Of a DNA stretch of 64,000 bases, positions 61,434-64,000 are shown piece after piece; within the stretch, counting starts at the first letter, position 1, and every line of letters begins with the position of its first letter. This DNA comes from Mobula hypostoma (lineage: Eukaryota). The notes below the pieces were generated by a model that did not search any database, was not told the DNA's origin, and saw nothing but the letters and a program-made list of their open reading frames with translations. Where the stretch lies: NCBI RefSeq assembly GCF_963921235.1, contig NC_086105.1:102796001-102860000 (forward strand). The letters run 5' to 3'. The translations under genes and the position numbers were made by a program.

Positions 61434-64000
61434 GATGAATCATCATGAACTTAATCTAAACCTCTGATGCCCAACCAGTGGTAGTGCACCCTGTGAGTGT
61501 ACTTCAATGCCACAGACAGCACAGATATTGACTAGACACTTCCATCACAATAATGAGGTAGGTCTCAGGAGATTACAGATGCTAGAATCTGCAGGCAAAG
61601 AACTGAGCTGGTGGTGGAACTCAGTGTGTCAAGCAGTGTTTGAAGAAGGAAACGGACAGTATGCATTTCTATCAAGACCATTATAAAGAAGTTTTTAGCC
61701 TAGCGTCTTGGTCTCAGAAATGTTTTGTTTATGAGATGCAGGATATCAGCTCCATCGGTGGGTTAAGATAAAGTCAGATGTGTAAGTGTTACAGTGGAGT
61801 AAAGGAAATTACAGAGACATGAGAGAGGAGCTGACCAAAGTAGATTGCAAGGGGATACTAGCAGGGATGATGGCTGGAGATTCTGTGGGCAATTTAGAAG
61901 GCACAGGACAGATACATCCCAAAGATGCAGAGTATTCTAAAGGGAGGATGAGGTTCAACAAGAGAAGTCAAAGTCCAAATGAAAGGAATAAAGAGAGCAC
62001 ACAATATAGCAAGTTGTAGTAAGTTGGAGAATTGAGAAACTTGAAAACCAACAGAAGGCAAGTGAAAAAAACATAAATAGTGAAAAAATGAAATATGAAG
62101 GTAAGTAGTCACTAATATAACAGAGGATACCACAGATTTTTCAGATATATAAGAAGTAAAAGAGAGTGGATATTGGACTGCTGGAAGAGGATGCTGGGGA
62201 GTTTGTAATTGGGGCTAAGAAATAGCCGAAGAACTTAATAAGAATTTAATGTCAGTCTTAACCGTGGATTGAAACTAGTGAAAAAGAATCTCAGGGTTGT
62301 ATGTGGTGGCATGTATGTACTCTGATAATAAATTTTACTTTGAACTTTGAACTTTTTCATTGTATGCCTGAAATATGAGTGCTGAGGGAAAAAGTGAGTG
62401 TAGTTGCTATCACTAAAGAGAAGGTGCTTGGGAATCTGAAATATCTGAAGGTAGTTTTGCCACCTGGACCAGATGAACTTCCCCCAGTTTTGTAAGAGGT
62501 AGATGAAGAGATTGTGGAGGCATTAGTAATTATCTTTCAAAATTCTATCAGTACCTCCAGTTGAATTCTGTCTTTTTGTATGTTTCCCCTTAGCTGTCAG
62601 CCTATGGTTTTGTATCGCCATGTGCTCCTGCTCTACTCTGGCCTCTGTATTACTGAGTACTTCGTGTCTCATCTGCTTCTCATTATTACCTGTATTGCTG
62701 CCACCTGTGTCTCATTGTGCTCCACCTATCATCTACCTCTCTGTTTATTGCTCAGTGTATTTCAGTCCTGTGTTTTCACCTGTTCATTGCCAGATTGTGC
62801 CAGTGAATTTTCCTGAGCCTTTCCAGCATTTGCATCTGTCCGTCTGAATATTGACTCTGCATGTTTCCAATTCCGGTTTTTGGATTTCTCTGGATGTTTT
62901 GATCTCTGCCTGAACTTTGATGCCGACTTTGTTTGCACCTTAGGATTTGTTACTCAATTAACATCACTGTTTGCACAGTATTTGGTCTGTGATTAGATCC
63001 CTGTTCCAGTGCCCTGACAGATTTACTATATTCTGGAATGGTTCTGGAGGACTGGAAATGCAAATTATAGACCAGTTAGTCTGACCCCAGTAATTGGGGT
63101 GATGTTGGAGTCCATTATTAAGGTTAAGGTCCTGGGGTACTTGAAGGCAAATGATAAAATTCACCAAAGACATCATGGTTTCTTTAAGGGGAAATCTTCC
63201 CTGATAAATCTGTTGGAACACTTTGTGGAAATAATTGGCGAGATGGATAAAGGACAGTCAGTAGATATTGTTTATTTGGTTTTTCAGAAGGTCTTTGACA
63301 AAGTGCCACACATGAGGCTGCTTGACAACATAACAGCCCATGGTGTTACAGGGACAATACTAGCATCGATAGAAGATTAGCTGACTGACAGGATGCTAAG
63401 GGGGGGGTGGGAATAAAGGGGGCCTCTTTTGATTGGCTGCCATTTTCTTGTTGTTTTCCACAGGGGGCATGTTGGGACCACACTTCTTTTCATGTTATGT
63501 ATCAGTGACTTGGATGTTGGGTGGACGGCATGTAGTGCTGAACAAGCAGGGAGTCTGTAAAAGGAATTAGACAGTTTGGGAGATGGGTAAAGAAGTGGCA
63601 GATGGAACACAGTGCAGGGAAGTGAACGGCCGTGCACTTTGGTAGACAGTATACAGGCAAAGACTATTTTCTAAATGGTTAGAAAAGTCAGATATCAGAG
63701 GTGCATGCAGATGTAATAGTGCAAGGGAAGATAATAAAAGAATGCACAATGGTGTTGCAGTTACAAAAAAGAAGTTCACTGCTGATGGACAATAAGGTGC
63801 AACTCTATAATGATGTAGGTTGTTAGATTGACAATCCATCTTGTCATACAAGTGGGCTATTTCAGAGTTCCAAGTTTTAAGTTTGAAGTTAAAAGTGAAT
63901 TTATTAACAAAGTACATAAATGTCACTATATACAACCCTGAGATTCATTTTCTTTCGGGCATACTTGGTAAATCCAAAAACCATAATAGAATCAATGAAA

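Larger units (their letters stand above)
39928..64000 (+). repeat. Segmental tandem duplication, copy B (runs off the window end)
   Basis: Direct repeat of 1-31184, roughly mid-90s percent identical by eye. Confidence 0.97.

Noticed and set aside
39928-64000. Duplication as an assembly artefact (uncollapsed haplotypes)
   Set aside because: Considered unlikely given several-percent divergence and many copy-specific insertions and deletions, but it cannot be excluded without reads.

Overview
Vertebrate genomic DNA, rich in repeats: part of a haemoglobin gene cluster of a cartilaginous fish. The globin sequences most resemble stingray-type (myliobatiform batoid) chains; this is my recollection, not a search result. 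It contains three intact 3-exon globin genes, all on the minus strand: alpha (3284-4236), beta (33119-34357) and a near-identical second alpha (46687-47639). The window is about 1.8 copies of a ~40-kb tandem unit (1-31184 is repeated at 39928-64000), so alpha and beta genes alternate head-to-tail. Each unit also appears to carry a heavily decayed globin pseudogene in the opposite orientation (25201-26214; 59608-61433) and a candidate NF-E2/GATA/CACCC erythroid enhancer. Most other sequence is transposon-derived: CR1 LINEs, Rex/Babar-like LINEs, an ORF1-only L1 derivative containing a solo LTR, Penelope-like pieces, and hAT, Tc1 and Tigger-like remnants. Comparing the two copies reveals many post-duplication insertions with target-site duplications (TSDs). 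One is a perfect 88-bp inverted repeat that carries an intact minimal hammerhead ribozyme motif.
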